A stretch of 64,000 bases of DNA from Coleofasciculaceae cyanobacterium CTOTU46601 (GCA_031970155.1 DALYIW010000006.1:5527-69526); one strand, 5' to 3'; shown: positions 29,909 to 38,894, numbered from the stretch's first letter. Numbers and translations are program-made. Notes: generated from the letters alone by a model not told the origin.

Positions 29909-32900
29909 TCGTTCCCCGCCATATACTTTCTAACAAATTCCAGAATTTGTTTTTCCTGAAAGCCTTTAGCCAACTGACGCAGCTGCTTAGCAAACGGTAT
30001 AAATTGCTCATCCAACTGTTGAAGTCTCTTAGCTTGCTCCTGGATACCTCTAATGTCGCCCATCATGGCTAGTTCATACAAAGCAGTCAGTTCCTCCAGT
30101 GGTGGAGCGACAAAAGAGTTTTGAGCGATCGACTCTGGACTATTCGACGCAACCCTTGCGGGGGCTACTGTGGATTCTTGACTTGGGGCACCTCTTGTGG
30201 ATGTCTCTAGTGGCTTCTCATAAACCCATTCCAATCCTAAGTGTAGGCGTAGCTGTTCTAAAAGTTTTTCTGCCTGCACTGGCTTGGAGATAAAACCATT
30301 ACAACCGGCCGCTAAACATTTGTGTTTGTCAAAATTAGAAGCACTTGCTGATGTAGCAATAATAATAACCTCTTTCAGGGTAGGCAATTGCCGTAGTTTT
30401 CGAGTTACCTCAAATCCGTCAATTCTTGGCATTACCATGTCGAGCAAAATCACATTAGGCTGAAATTTAAGCGCCTGATTCAGACAGTCTTGCCCATCTA
30501 TCGCTTGTGAGACTTCAAATCCTAAAGGTGAGAGCAGGTCAACCAGAACAGAGCGATTTTCTTTGTTATCGTCCACAACTAGCACCCTGTACTTCTCCTC
30601 TTTTAACCCAATGATGTTACGTTCGTCAGTCTTGACAACTTCAACGGCGTCCGAAACTTCTGGTAAATCTAACTCCAGCCAAAAAACGCTGCCTTGACCC
30701 AAGGTACTCTCTACTTTGAGTTCTCCACCCATCAACTGCACTAATTTTTGGCTGATTGATAGTCCGAGTCCCGTGCCTTCTACTCGACGCCGAGGGTCAC
30801 CTATTTGATGAAACGGTAAGAAAATTTCTGCTAATTGCTCTGGTGGAATGCCGATGCCAGTGTCTTCCACAACAAAGCGCATTTTTCGAGGAGATGACTT
30901 TGTGACCCTGTGACCTTGTAAAGGTTTGTTTTCTATCCAAAGGTCGGAGTTGGGAAGTTCTCCCTCTCTCCCTCTCTCCCCCTCTCCCTCTCTCCCTTTC
31001 TCCCCCTCATTTACATAGCCGACTTTGAAAGTTACCCCGCCTTTGTCTGTAAATTTGACGGCATTACCGAGGAGGTTGATGAGAACTTGCCGCAGTCGTT
31101 TTTCATCACCCTTCACCCAGTTAGGCAGTGGTGAAAATTTTTGGTAGTTGAAGGAAATGTTTTTTAGTTCGGCATGGATGCGGACGATTTCGATAATGCT
31201 GGCCAGAAAATGGGGAAACTGAAAATCACTGAGGTAGAGTTCCATTCTCCTGGCTTCGATTTTGGAGAGGTCTAAGATGTCATTAAGCAAAGTCAACAGA
31301 TGTTCACCACTTTGTTGGATGATAGTCACCTTCTCCTGTTGCTTATCCGTCAGGCTGGTTTCTCGTCTCAGAATTTGGGCGTACCCTAGAATGCCGTTCA
31401 AGGGAGTACGCAGTTCATGGCTCATATTGGCTAAAAATTCGCTTTTGGCACGATTAGCGACTTCAGCGGCAACTTTAGCCTGCTTGAGTGCTTTCTCTGC
31501 CTGTTTGCGATCGCTAATATCCCGAAAAATTCCCTGAACAATTTTTTGCCCTTGGACATTCACCACGGTAGCGCTAACTTCCACAGGCACCGTTGTACCG
31601 TCTTGGTGACGTAATTCCTGTTCTGCCTGAAATACCTTGCCTGCCTTGATATGTTTCTTGAAAATCTTGGTGTATTGTTCGCGCCGTTCTTGGGGTTGAA
31701 TCTCCGTCAGATCTAGTCCAATAATGTCCACCCTGGAGCGCCCTAAGATCTTTTCTGCCATCCGATTGGCGTCTAAAATCATCCCCGTTTCTGCGTCTAC
31801 TGCGATGATGGCATCACCCGCTGATTCGATCAGCAAGCGATACTTTTCTTCAGTTTGTCGCAGTGCCGTCTCTGCATGTTTGCGCTCGGTGATGTTTCGG
31901 TTGTACCAAATTCTGCCGTAGTAGTCTCCTGATGCAGACAGTACTGGTGCTGAATACACATCTAAGATGCGCCCATCTTTGAAGGTCAGTTCGTAGTAGT
32001 CAGTTTTAGTGGTATTGGTGTAGAGAAACTCGACTTTTTCCCGAAATTCCTGCGGGTATTTGAGTTGGTAAAGCATCCACTTGAGCAACCGTTGCTCATC
32101 ACCGGATTTGATTACAGATTCTGGAATTTGCCACAACTCACAAAAACGCTGATTGTAGGAAGCTACCTGACGATTTTCATCAATCACGAGAATCCCGTCG
32201 ATCGCTGTTTCTTGTTGGGCTTTGAGCAAGGCATTACTGCGAAGAAGTTCCTCCTGTGCTTGAGAACGCTCGATCGCAATTCTGGCAAGTTGAGTAGCTT
32301 TAGCCATTAATTCTTGCTCTTGTCGGATGGGTGTATGGGGTTCGCTGTAATACATGGCAAAGGTACCCAACACCTTTCCTGCGGTAGAAAAAACGGGCAT
32401 CGACCAACAGGCTCTAAGTCCGTGAGCAAGCGCTAAATTACGGAAGTCTGCCCACAGTGGATGAACCGCAATATCCTCAACGATTACGGATTCTCGCCAA
32501 TAAACGGCTGTACCGCAGGAGCCAGCATAAGGCCCAATCGTCATGCCATCGATCGCTTTATTATAAGCGTCTGGGAGACTGGGAGCCGCACCATGGCGCA
32601 AATTAACCCCATTTTTGTCCAGCAGGAGGAAAGAACACCGCATCTGAGGGCATTGCTTCTCAATCCACTGAGCTAGTTTACTCAAAACATCTCCTAGTCC
32701 TGCTCCTTTGGCGATCGTTTCGAGGATATAATTATGTTCTGCCAATAAGGCTTGTACTCGCTTGCGTGCCAAGAAGCTTTCCCGTTGGGAATCGCTAATA
32801 TCACGTCCCTCAGCAATCAGCAGCACCACTTGACCTGTTTCATCTTTGAATGGCTTGAGCGAGAAGTCAATGGTGATTATGGTGTCATTGGCACCTCGAA

Positions 32901-33645
32901 CATCTACCTCGTAACGAACGAACTCACCTCGACAAGCTGTGGCGATCGCTCTTTTAACCCGTTCCTGAGTTTCTAGGGAAATCGTCCACCACCGTACCTC
33001 CCAAAACGGACTGCCCACGATGTCCGAGCGCTTCTGTCCACTGAAATCTAATGCTATTTGATTTGCCTCTAAGAGGGTACCGTCGGTTCTCAGTAATCCG
33101 GTGAATTGAAATGTCTGCTCACAGATAGCGCGCAATCGTTGCTCACTCTCTCGCCGTGCTTCTTGGGCCCGCTTGCGCTCAGTAATGTTTTCAGCAACTC
33201 CTAAAATCTGATCGGGCAAATCATCAGGGATTTTGGCAAATAGAGTCTCTCGGCTTTTGAGCCAGTACCATTCTCCATTCTTGTGTCTGATTCGGTACTC
33301 AATCTCAAAGATTTCACCAGCTGTAGCCTTCTTGAGGCGTTTAAAATGTTTGGTGACTTTGCTAAGGTCGTCAGGATGCAAAAGATTCGGCAACCAGTCC
33401 GAACCCATGCCAGTTATGTCTGAGAGTGTGTAGCCCAGCATTTCGACCAACTGCTGATTAGCGTAAATAATAGTTTTGGCAATCAAGTCATAGATGTACA
33501 CAAGGCTTGAAGTTATCTCTAGCATCCGTTGAATGAAATGCTGATTTCCCTCCAAGGTCTCTTGGGTCAGCTGATGAACTTTATTTTCCTGTTCCACAGA
33601 CCTATTTTTCTCGGTTAATTTTTGCGATCGTTCTGGCTTTATCAA
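29905..33645 (-). CDS. Hybrid sensor histidine kinase (PAS-PAS-GAF-PAS-PAS-HisKA-HATPase-REC plus a C-terminal helical tail)
   Basis: The H-box is SHELRTPLNGILGY, the G-box is DTGIGI...GTGLGLSI, and the REC motif is VLVVDDNKENR...LLDMVMPRIDGFE. The TTG start is uncertain. Confidence 0.9.
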   Translation of the reverse strand: MIKPERSQKLTEKNRSVEQENKVHQLTQETLEGNQHFIQRMLEITSSLVYIYDLIAKTIIYANQQLVEMLGYTLSDITGMGSDWLPNLLHPDDLSKVTKHFKRLKKATAGEIFEIEYRIRHKNGEWYWLKSRETLFAKIPDDLPDQILGVAENITERKRAQEARRESEQRLRAICEQTFQFTGLLRTDGTLLEANQIALDFSGQKRSDIVGSPFWEVRWWTISLETQERVKRAIATACRGEFVRYEVDVRGANDTIITIDFSLKPFKDETGQVVLLIAEGRDISDSQRESFLARKRVQALLAEHNYILETIAKGAGLGDVLSKLAQWIEKQCPQMRCSFLLLDKNGVNLRHGAAPSLPDAYNKAIDGMTIGPYAGSCGTAVYWRESVIVEDIAVHPLWADFRNLALAHGLRACWSMPVFSTAGKVLGTFAMYYSEPHTPIRQEQELMAKATQLARIAIERSQAQEELLRSNALLKAQQETAIDGILVIDENRQVASYNQRFCELWQIPESVIKSGDEQRLLKWMLYQLKYPQEFREKVEFLYTNTTKTDYYELTFKDGRILDVYSAPVLSASGDYYGRIWYNRNITERKHAETALRQTEEKYRLLIESAGDAIIAVDAETGMILDANRMAEKILGRSRVDIIGLDLTEIQPQERREQYTKIFKKHIKAGKVFQAEQELRHQDGTTVPVEVSATVVNVQGQKIVQGIFRDISDRKQAEKALKQAKVAAEVANRAKSEFLANMSHELRTPLNGILGYAQILRRETSLTDKQQEKVTIIQQSGEHLLTLLNDILDLSKIEARRMELYLSDFQFPHFLASIIEIVRIHAELKNISFNYQKFSPLPNWVKGDEKRLRQVLINLLGNAVKFTDKGGVTFKVGYVNEGEKGREGEGERGREGELPNSDLWIENKPLQGHRVTKSSPRKMRFVVEDTGIGIPPEQLAEIFLPFHQIGDPRRRVEGTGLGLSISQKLVQLMGGELKVESTLGQGSVFWLELDLPEVSDAVEVVKTDERNIIGLKEEKYRVLVVDDNKENRSVLVDLLSPLGFEVSQAIDGQDCLNQALKFQPNVILLDMVMPRIDGFEVTRKLRQLPTLKEVIIIATSASASNFDKHKCLAAGCNGFISKPVQAEKLLEQLRLHLGLEWVYEKPLETSTRGAPSQESTVAPARVASNSPESIAQNSFVAPPLEELTALYELAMMGDIRGIQEQAKRLQQLDEQFIPFAKQLRQLAKGFQEKQILEFVRKYMAGNE
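30958..31008. repeat. CT/GA-rich short-repeat tract inside the kinase ATPase domain, translated in frame as EGEKGREGEGERGREGE
   Basis: The sequence is ttctccctctctccctctctccccctctccctctctccctttctccccctc. Confidence 0.85.
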
Positions 33646-33974
33646 ATTTATATAAAATGGACATAATTGATACTATAAAATATTTTAAAACCTACTTGTA
33701 TATCTATCAGGCATAGTCCCCATAGAGACATAGATAGTTAGTTTACATATTGTTAGGTTTTTAATTTGTTGGATATTTTTTGAGCATTGTTAAAACAGTT
33801 CTATACGGCTTGATTTATTCAGTAAAACGGCTCAGTAATTAGCCGAAGCAGTAAATTAGAAGAGAACTAACACAGTTCGTAAGAGTAAGAAAAACAGCGG
33901 TGGAGTACAGAAAATTTGACTTAACTGTTGACTCTTCGACTTCGCTCTGGGTCAAGGTTGATCTTCGACTCTTC

Positions 33975-34065
33975 CAGGACTTACGCTGACCTCTACATGT
34001 AGGGTGGGCACTGCCCACCCTACTACTAGCAGTAGCGTTTAAATCAGCAATTTGCGTAAGTCCTG
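33975..34065. mobile_element. Family-1 MITE, 91 bp
   Basis: Nearly identical to the copy at 28568-28659: caggacttacgctgacctctacatgtagggtgggcactgcccaccctactactagcagtagcgtttaaatcagcaatttgcgtaagtcctg. Confidence 0.85.
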
Positions 34066-34098
34066 TCTTCGACAAGCAAGAGAGCATCGTCGGCTCAG

Positions 34099-34179
34099 CC
34101 TTGACCTTTGAAGCACCATCTGTAGGGGCGTATAGCTATACGCCTCTGCCACATATCGTGTATCGAGCGTAAGTCCTAA
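34099..34179. mobile_element. Family-2 MITE copy (left terminus missing)
   Basis: The sequence is cttgacctttgaagcaccatctgtaggggcgtatagctatacgcc...gcgtaagtcct. Confidence 0.7.
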
Positions 34180-34287
34180 GGGTTTAAGTTGCATCCTCTT
34201 TCTTGTACAACTCATTTAGGTTCGCTAGACATATAGTTTTTAGATAGGACTGGCACAATTTGAACGTGTAAACTCTATTTCCATTAG

Positions 34288-34331
34288 TAGGATGGGCGTT
34301 TACCCTACATGTAGAGGCTTTGCGTAAGTCC
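34288..34331. mobile_element. Partial, inverted family-1 MITE remnant
   Basis: The sequence is gtaggatgggcgtttaccctacatgtagaggctttgcgtaagtcc. Confidence 0.6.
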
Positions 34332-34362
34332 GATTAGTGTGATTGAGGAGTGTAATTATATC

Positions 34363-35565
34363 ATGCAAGATCTCAAGCCAACAGCTGGTGTAACGTCAAA
34401 ACGGGATAAAGGAGCAATTTCAAAGCGTCTCAACGCTTGGGGTAGCCTTTGTCAACGTGCTTGGGTAGAAATTGATCGAGGGGCTTTGTTCCATAATGTG
34501 CAACAACTAAGGAAGCTTTTAGCTCACCCTACCCAATTGATGGCGGTGGTAAAAGCGGATGCCTATGGTCATGGGGCAATAATGGTAGCTCAAACGGCGT
34601 TAGAGGCTGGTGCTAGTGGGCTATGTGTGGCTACGTTACAAGAGGGAATTCAACTCAAGGAAGCCGGAATTGAAGCACCAATATTGTTGTTAGGGGCAAT
34701 TAATACCCCAGAGCAAGTTCACGCGATCGCTCAATGGCAACTGCAACCCACTATTTGTACCCCCCAGCAAGCCCTAGTTTTCTCAGACACGCTCAGTGAT
34801 ATCAAAAAAACACTACTAGTACATCTCAAGTTGGACACGGGGATGTCGCGATTGGGGATGCCCTGGCAAGAGGCATTACAGTTTGTTCAACTGGTACAGC
34901 GGTTGCCTTATCTGAAAATTGCCAGTGTCTACTCTCATCTAGCTACAGCTGACAGTCCCGATCCGACGGTGATGAAATTGCAGCATCAGCGGTTTGAAGA
35001 TGCGATCGCTCAACTTCGTAGCGCTGGAATAACGCCACCCCGTCTGCACCTGGCTAACTCAGCGGCTACCTTAACAGACCAAGCGCTACACTACGATCTC
35101 GTTCGTGTGGGACTTGCCTTATATGGTCTCTACCCAGCTGAACATTTGCGAGAAGTCGTAGACCTCAAGCCAGTCATGCAAGTCAAAGCGCGAGTAACGC
35201 AAGTAAAAACGATTCCCCCTGGTACTGGTGTCAGCTATGGTTACCAATTCATCGCTGATCGGCAGATGCGTGTGGCTGTAGTGGGTATTGGCTACGCTGA
35301 TGGTATCCCTCGCAACCTGTCCAACAAAATGACAGTATTAATCCGAGGTCAGCGAGTGCGGCAAATTGGAGCAATTACCATGGATCAGCTAATGCTCGAT
35401 GTCAGTGAAATACCAGATTTGCAAACTGATGAAGTTGTGACTTTGATTGGACAGGATGGAGACCTTCTTTTTTCAGCTGACGACTGGGCGCAAACATTAG
35501 GAACAATTTCATGGGAAATTCTTTGCAGCTTTAAACATCGTTTGCCGCGTGTGGTAGTCGGTTAG
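34363..35565 (+). CDS. alr: Alanine racemase
   Basis: AVVKADAYGHG is the PLP-Lys motif. The ATG at 34363 follows a GAGGAG and is preferred over the GTG at 34339. Confidence 0.9.
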   Translation: MQDLKPTAGVTSKRDKGAISKRLNAWGSLCQRAWVEIDRGALFHNVQQLRKLLAHPTQLMAVVKADAYGHGAIMVAQTALEAGASGLCVATLQEGIQLKEAGIEAPILLLGAINTPEQVHAIAQWQLQPTICTPQQALVFSDTLSDIKKTLLVHLKLDTGMSRLGMPWQEALQFVQLVQRLPYLKIASVYSHLATADSPDPTVMKLQHQRFEDAIAQLRSAGITPPRLHLANSAATLTDQALHYDLVRVGLALYGLYPAEHLREVVDLKPVMQVKARVTQVKTIPPGTGVSYGYQFIADRQMRVAVVGIGYADGIPRNLSNKMTVLIRGQRVRQIGAITMDQLMLDVSEIPDLQTDEVVTLIGQDGDLLFSADDWAQTLGTISWEILCSFKHRLPRVVVG

Positions 35566-35576
35566 CCTGAGACTCC

Positions 35577-35692
35577 GCTAGCTTGAAAATAGGGAGTTGG
35601 GAGTAGGGAGTAGGGAGTCGGGAGTCGGGAGTCGGGAGTCGAGGAAGAAAGATTTTCATTCCTTGGTTGTGAGCGCAGCCATGGTACCTAAC
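35577..35692 (+). repeat. Composite repeat: CTTGAAAATA + (GGGAGTM)n + GAAGAAAGATTTTCATTC + GTTGTGAGCGC...CATGGTACCTAAC
   Basis: The sequence is gctagcttgaaaatagggagttgggagtagggagtagggagtcgggagtcgggagtcgggagtcgaggaagaaagattttcattccttggttgtgagcgcagccatggtacctaac. Confidence 0.8.
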
Positions 35693-35697
35693 TTCTA

Positions 35698-35788
35698 CAG
35701 GACTTCCGCATGGATACCACATAGAGTAGGGGTGAACGGCCGTTCACCCCCACATATGGAGGTTCAAACAAAAATTTGCGTAAGTCCT
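35698..35788. mobile_element. MITE with GGACTTMCGC termini and a different central palindrome
   Basis: The sequence is caggacttccgca...gtaggggtgaacggccgttcacccccac...tgcgtaagtcct. Confidence 0.75.
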
Positions 35789-35868
35789 ACTCTAGTTAGC
35801 GGGTTCTTAATTTCAATACCCTCTGCCAAGCTCTCGGCAGAACCTACAATATCCTGGGAGTAAGTCCC

Positions 35869-35915
35869 CTCCCTACTCTCGACTCCCGACTCCCGACTCC
35901 CTACTTCCCAACTGA
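35869..35915 (-). repeat. Inverted GGGAGTM heptamer array facing the array at 35591-35640
   Basis: The sequence is cctccctactctcgactcccgactcccgactccctacttcccaac. Confidence 0.8.
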
Positions 35916-35918
35916 TTG

Positions 35919-36908
35919 CTAAGCACGCCAAACTTGCTCCAGCACAGCTTCGGGTTTGATGTCAGCGATCGCACGGGTTGGGGATTGCACGCTAATAAAG
36001 CGAGGTTCGCTATCACCGCCTGCTTCGTTAGCGCTTTCGGGTAGTAGCTTTTTCGCTTCTGTCGCCCCAAACAGACCAATAGTGTAAGTTCCAACAGCTA
36101 CGGCTAGATGCAGGGGCGCACTCTCGGTACATAGCATCAAACTCGCTCCAGCAATCATCGCTGCCAACTTGCCGATATCCCCTGGTGCCGTACTCTTGAG
36201 TTCAAGGCGGGATTGCTTCAGGGCAGTAGCCCATTGAGTATCCTCCAGTCCTTCAAGTATCACAATCGGGAGATTGGGCTGTTTTTGTTGAATATCTTCA
36301 ATAATCTGCTGCCATTTCTTGACCGGGTAAATCTGATCGACGCCTTTCACCTGAGTTGGTTGGCTGGAACCGCCATGAATTAGAACGTAACCACTTTCAG
36401 TAATTCCCAGCCGTTTCTGTTCCTTTTCTGCCCACTCAATGTCTTGTTTCGGAACACTCACTGCTAGTTCTGGACAAGGGGAGTTAATTCCGAAACCTTG
36501 TAGCAGTTCATGGTACATCTGGGCAGCATACTGCTCAGTTTTGAGCGGCACGGCGTTGGTGAAAAACCACTTAAATGGATTGGCGTCATAGCCAATTCGC
36601 AGAGGAATGCCACTCATCCAGAGTAACAACCCGACCGACCATCGGCGTCCTACTGCCACAGCAGCATCGTACTCGCGATCGCGAATCGTCCCTAACAAAT
36701 TGCCAAAATCTGCCAGACCATTGCGGTCTTTAAAATCAAACGTCAGAACTTCCTTGACAGTCCCTGAAACCCGATACGCCCCCTTTGCTCGCGGTTCCAC
36801 AATGACATCAATCTCGGCATCGGGGTAATACGCTTGGAGGTCATCGAGGGTAGGAAAGAACAGAATTTGGTCGCCAATTCCACCAGGGACAAGGGCTAGT
36901 ATTCTCAT
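35919..36908 (-). CDS. Glycosyltransferase family 9 (heptosyltransferase-like)
   Basis: MRILALVPGGIGDQILFFPTLDDL is typical of GT9. Confidence 0.8.
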   Translation of the reverse strand: MRILALVPGGIGDQILFFPTLDDLQAYYPDAEIDVIVEPRAKGAYRVSGTVKEVLTFDFKDRNGLADFGNLLGTIRDREYDAAVAVGRRWSVGLLLWMSGIPLRIGYDANPFKWFFTNAVPLKTEQYAAQMYHELLQGFGINSPCPELAVSVPKQDIEWAEKEQKRLGITESGYVLIHGGSSQPTQVKGVDQIYPVKKWQQIIEDIQQKQPNLPIVILEGLEDTQWATALKQSRLELKSTAPGDIGKLAAMIAGASLMLCTESAPLHLAVAVGTYTIGLFGATEAKKLLPESANEAGGDSEPRFISVQSPTRAIADIKPEAVLEQVWRA

Positions 36909-37022
36909 CTCAATTGCTTGACCGTATTGATCAGCTTCATTTTAAGGGACTAGGGAGTGTCAAATACCTAAATACCTATTATTAGGTAATTACTTGTATC
37001 CCAGTAACACAGGAGGAAAATT

Positions 37023-37709
37023 GTGTACTTATTAATTCCAGCAGCAGGCATGGGGCGGCGGATGGGAAGCGATCGCAATAAGCTGCTCTTAACCCTGCTG
37101 GGTAAACCTTTACTTGCCTGGACTCTCCTAGCTGCGGAAGCGGCGCATGATATTCGCTGGGTTGGGATTATCGGACAGCCAGCTGACTACTCAGATGTTA
37201 AGGCAATTATGGCTGAACTTTCCCTCTCTAAACCCATAGAACTAATTAAGGGAGGAGAAACACGTCAGGATTCTGTTTATAACGGCTTGCAGGTGTTACC
37301 GACAGAGGCTAAACACGTGTTAATTCATGATGGTGCAAGATGCTTAGCAACACCTCAGTTGCTTGATCGCTGTGCCGCTGCTGTGCTGGAGTGTCCGGGT
37401 TTAATTGCTGCTGTGCCAGTGAAGGACACCATTAAAGTGGTGAACCAGACGGGTATTATTCAAGAAACACCAGACCGACAAAAGCTATGGGCGGCACAGA
37501 CGCCTCAAGGATTCGAGGTGCAGCTGTTGAAGCAGTGCCATGACCAAGGCCGCGATTTAGGCTGGGAAGTTACGGATGATGCGGCGTTGTTTGAACGATG
37601 TGGATTGCCAGTCAAGATTGTGGAAGGAGAGGAGACGAATCTGAAGGTAACGACACCTGTAGATTTAGCGATCGCAGAATTTATCCTTCGCCAGCGCTTA
37701 GGCGCATAA
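37023..37709 (+). CDS. ispD: 2-C-methyl-D-erythritol 4-phosphate cytidylyltransferase
   Basis: The motifs are LLIPAAGMGRRMGSDRNKLLL and VLIHDGARC. GTG start. Confidence 0.9.
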   Translation: MYLLIPAAGMGRRMGSDRNKLLLTLLGKPLLAWTLLAAEAAHDIRWVGIIGQPADYSDVKAIMAELSLSKPIELIKGGETRQDSVYNGLQVLPTEAKHVLIHDGARCLATPQLLDRCAAAVLECPGLIAAVPVKDTIKVVNQTGIIQETPDRQKLWAAQTPQGFEVQLLKQCHDQGRDLGWEVTDDAALFERCGLPVKIVEGEETNLKVTTPVDLAIAEFILRQRLGA

Positions 37710-37725
37710 CTCCAACCTTCCACCA

Positions 37726-38793
37726 TTAAACCCAAGCTCGCTCATATTGAACAGGCCAGATTTGCTCGTGTCCGAGTTGCTTGGCGGCGCGAAGGGGCCA
37801 ATAAGGATCGCGCAATAGTTCCCGTGCTAGTAACACTATGTCTGCCTGACCTGTGCGGATAATATGGTCTGCTTGTTCAGGGGATGTAATTAAACCAACA
37901 GCTCCTGTCGGGATATTGGCTTCATGTCGGATTCGTGCAGCAAACGGTGTCTGGTAACCTGGGCCAACTGGTACCTTAGCACCCGGCAAAATGCCTCCTG
38001 AGGAACAGTCGATTAGATCCACACCCAAAGATGTAAGTTTGTCGCTCAAGGCGATACTCTGCTCAATATCCCAGCCATTTTCTAGCCAATCAGTTGCTGA
38101 GATACGTACCCAAAGTGGATATCTTTCAGGCCAAACCTCTCGTACTCCTTGAACCACCTCTCTCAGAAAACGGGTACGATTTTCAAAGCTACCACCATAC
38201 TCATCGTCTCTATGGTTACTCAGTGGTGAGAGAAACTCGTGTAGTAGGTAGCCATGTGCTGCATGAATCTCAACGACCTTGAAGCCCGCTTCTAGAGAGC
38301 GCCTAGCTGCTTGTATGAAGGCATCAGTAATTTTCTGAATTCCTTCAATACTCAGGGCTTCAGGGATTGGGCTATCTTCGTTGAATGCGATCGCACTCGG
38401 CGCAACCACAGGACGCCAACCCCCTTGAGATTCATCAACGGCTTGCCCTCCTTCCCAAGGACGAGCGGTGCTAGCTTTTCTGCCGGCATGAGCCAATTGG
38501 ATACCAGCGATCGCTCCAAAGTTGTGAATTGTTGCCACAATTTTAGCCAGAGCCTCACCATGTCCATCAGACCATATACCCAAATCCTCTGGACTAATTC
38601 GCCCTTGAGGCTCAACAGCTGCTGCCTCTGTCAGCACCAACGCCGCACCACCTACCGCACGACTTGCCAGATGAACCATGTGCCATTCATTGGGATACCC
38701 ATCTTTGCTGGAATACTGACACATGGGTGCCACAGCAATGCGGTTACGAAAGGTGACTTCACGAATACTGAGTGGTTCAAATAGATGTGTCAT
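37726..38793 (-). CDS. NADPH dehydrogenase / NADH:flavin oxidoreductase, Old Yellow Enzyme family (NamA/YqjM-like)
   Basis: The motifs are FRNRIAVAPMCQY, VEIHAAHGYLLHEFLSP and the GLITSP region. Confidence 0.88.
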   Translation of the reverse strand: MTHLFEPLSIREVTFRNRIAVAPMCQYSSKDGYPNEWHMVHLASRAVGGAALVLTEAAAVEPQGRISPEDLGIWSDGHGEALAKIVATIHNFGAIAGIQLAHAGRKASTARPWEGGQAVDESQGGWRPVVAPSAIAFNEDSPIPEALSIEGIQKITDAFIQAARRSLEAGFKVVEIHAAHGYLLHEFLSPLSNHRDDEYGGSFENRTRFLREVVQGVREVWPERYPLWVRISATDWLENGWDIEQSIALSDKLTSLGVDLIDCSSGGILPGAKVPVGPGYQTPFAARIRHEANIPTGAVGLITSPEQADHIIRTGQADIVLLARELLRDPYWPLRAAKQLGHEQIWPVQYERAWV

Positions 38794-38817
38794 TGCATTT
38801 TGCGAAAGTGTTATGAG

Positions 38818-38841
38818 TTAAGTAGTTAAACAACCACTTAA
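38818..38841. promoter_or_regulatory. Operator-like palindrome 1 in the divergent OYE / arsR-like spacer
   Basis: TTAAGTAGTT-AAAC-AACCACTTAA has 10-bp arms with 9/10 complementarity. Confidence 0.55.
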
Positions 38842-38870
38842 CTAAAAAGTACTGAACGCCCAGGATAAAG

Positions 38871-38894
38871 TCAAGTAGTTATTTAACCACTTGA
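38871..38894. promoter_or_regulatory. Operator-like palindrome 2, the same motif 53 bp downstream of the first
   Basis: TCAAGTAGTT-ATTT-AACCACTTGA has 10-bp arms with 9/10 complementarity. Confidence 0.55.

Noticed and set aside
33839-34087. 82-aa minus-strand ORF upstream of alr.
   Set aside because: It spans the family-1 MITE at 33975-34065. It has no ribosome-binding site and no motif.
35531-35722. 63-aa ORF, together with the first 35 codons of track ORF 40401-41771. Both begin MKIFLPRLPTP(D/N)S(R/Q)LPTP.
   Set aside because: The shared N-terminus is the translation of the reverse strand of the composite repeat (GAATGAAAATCTTTCTTCC plus the heptamers). It is an artefact of the repeat. 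The serpin start was moved to Met36.
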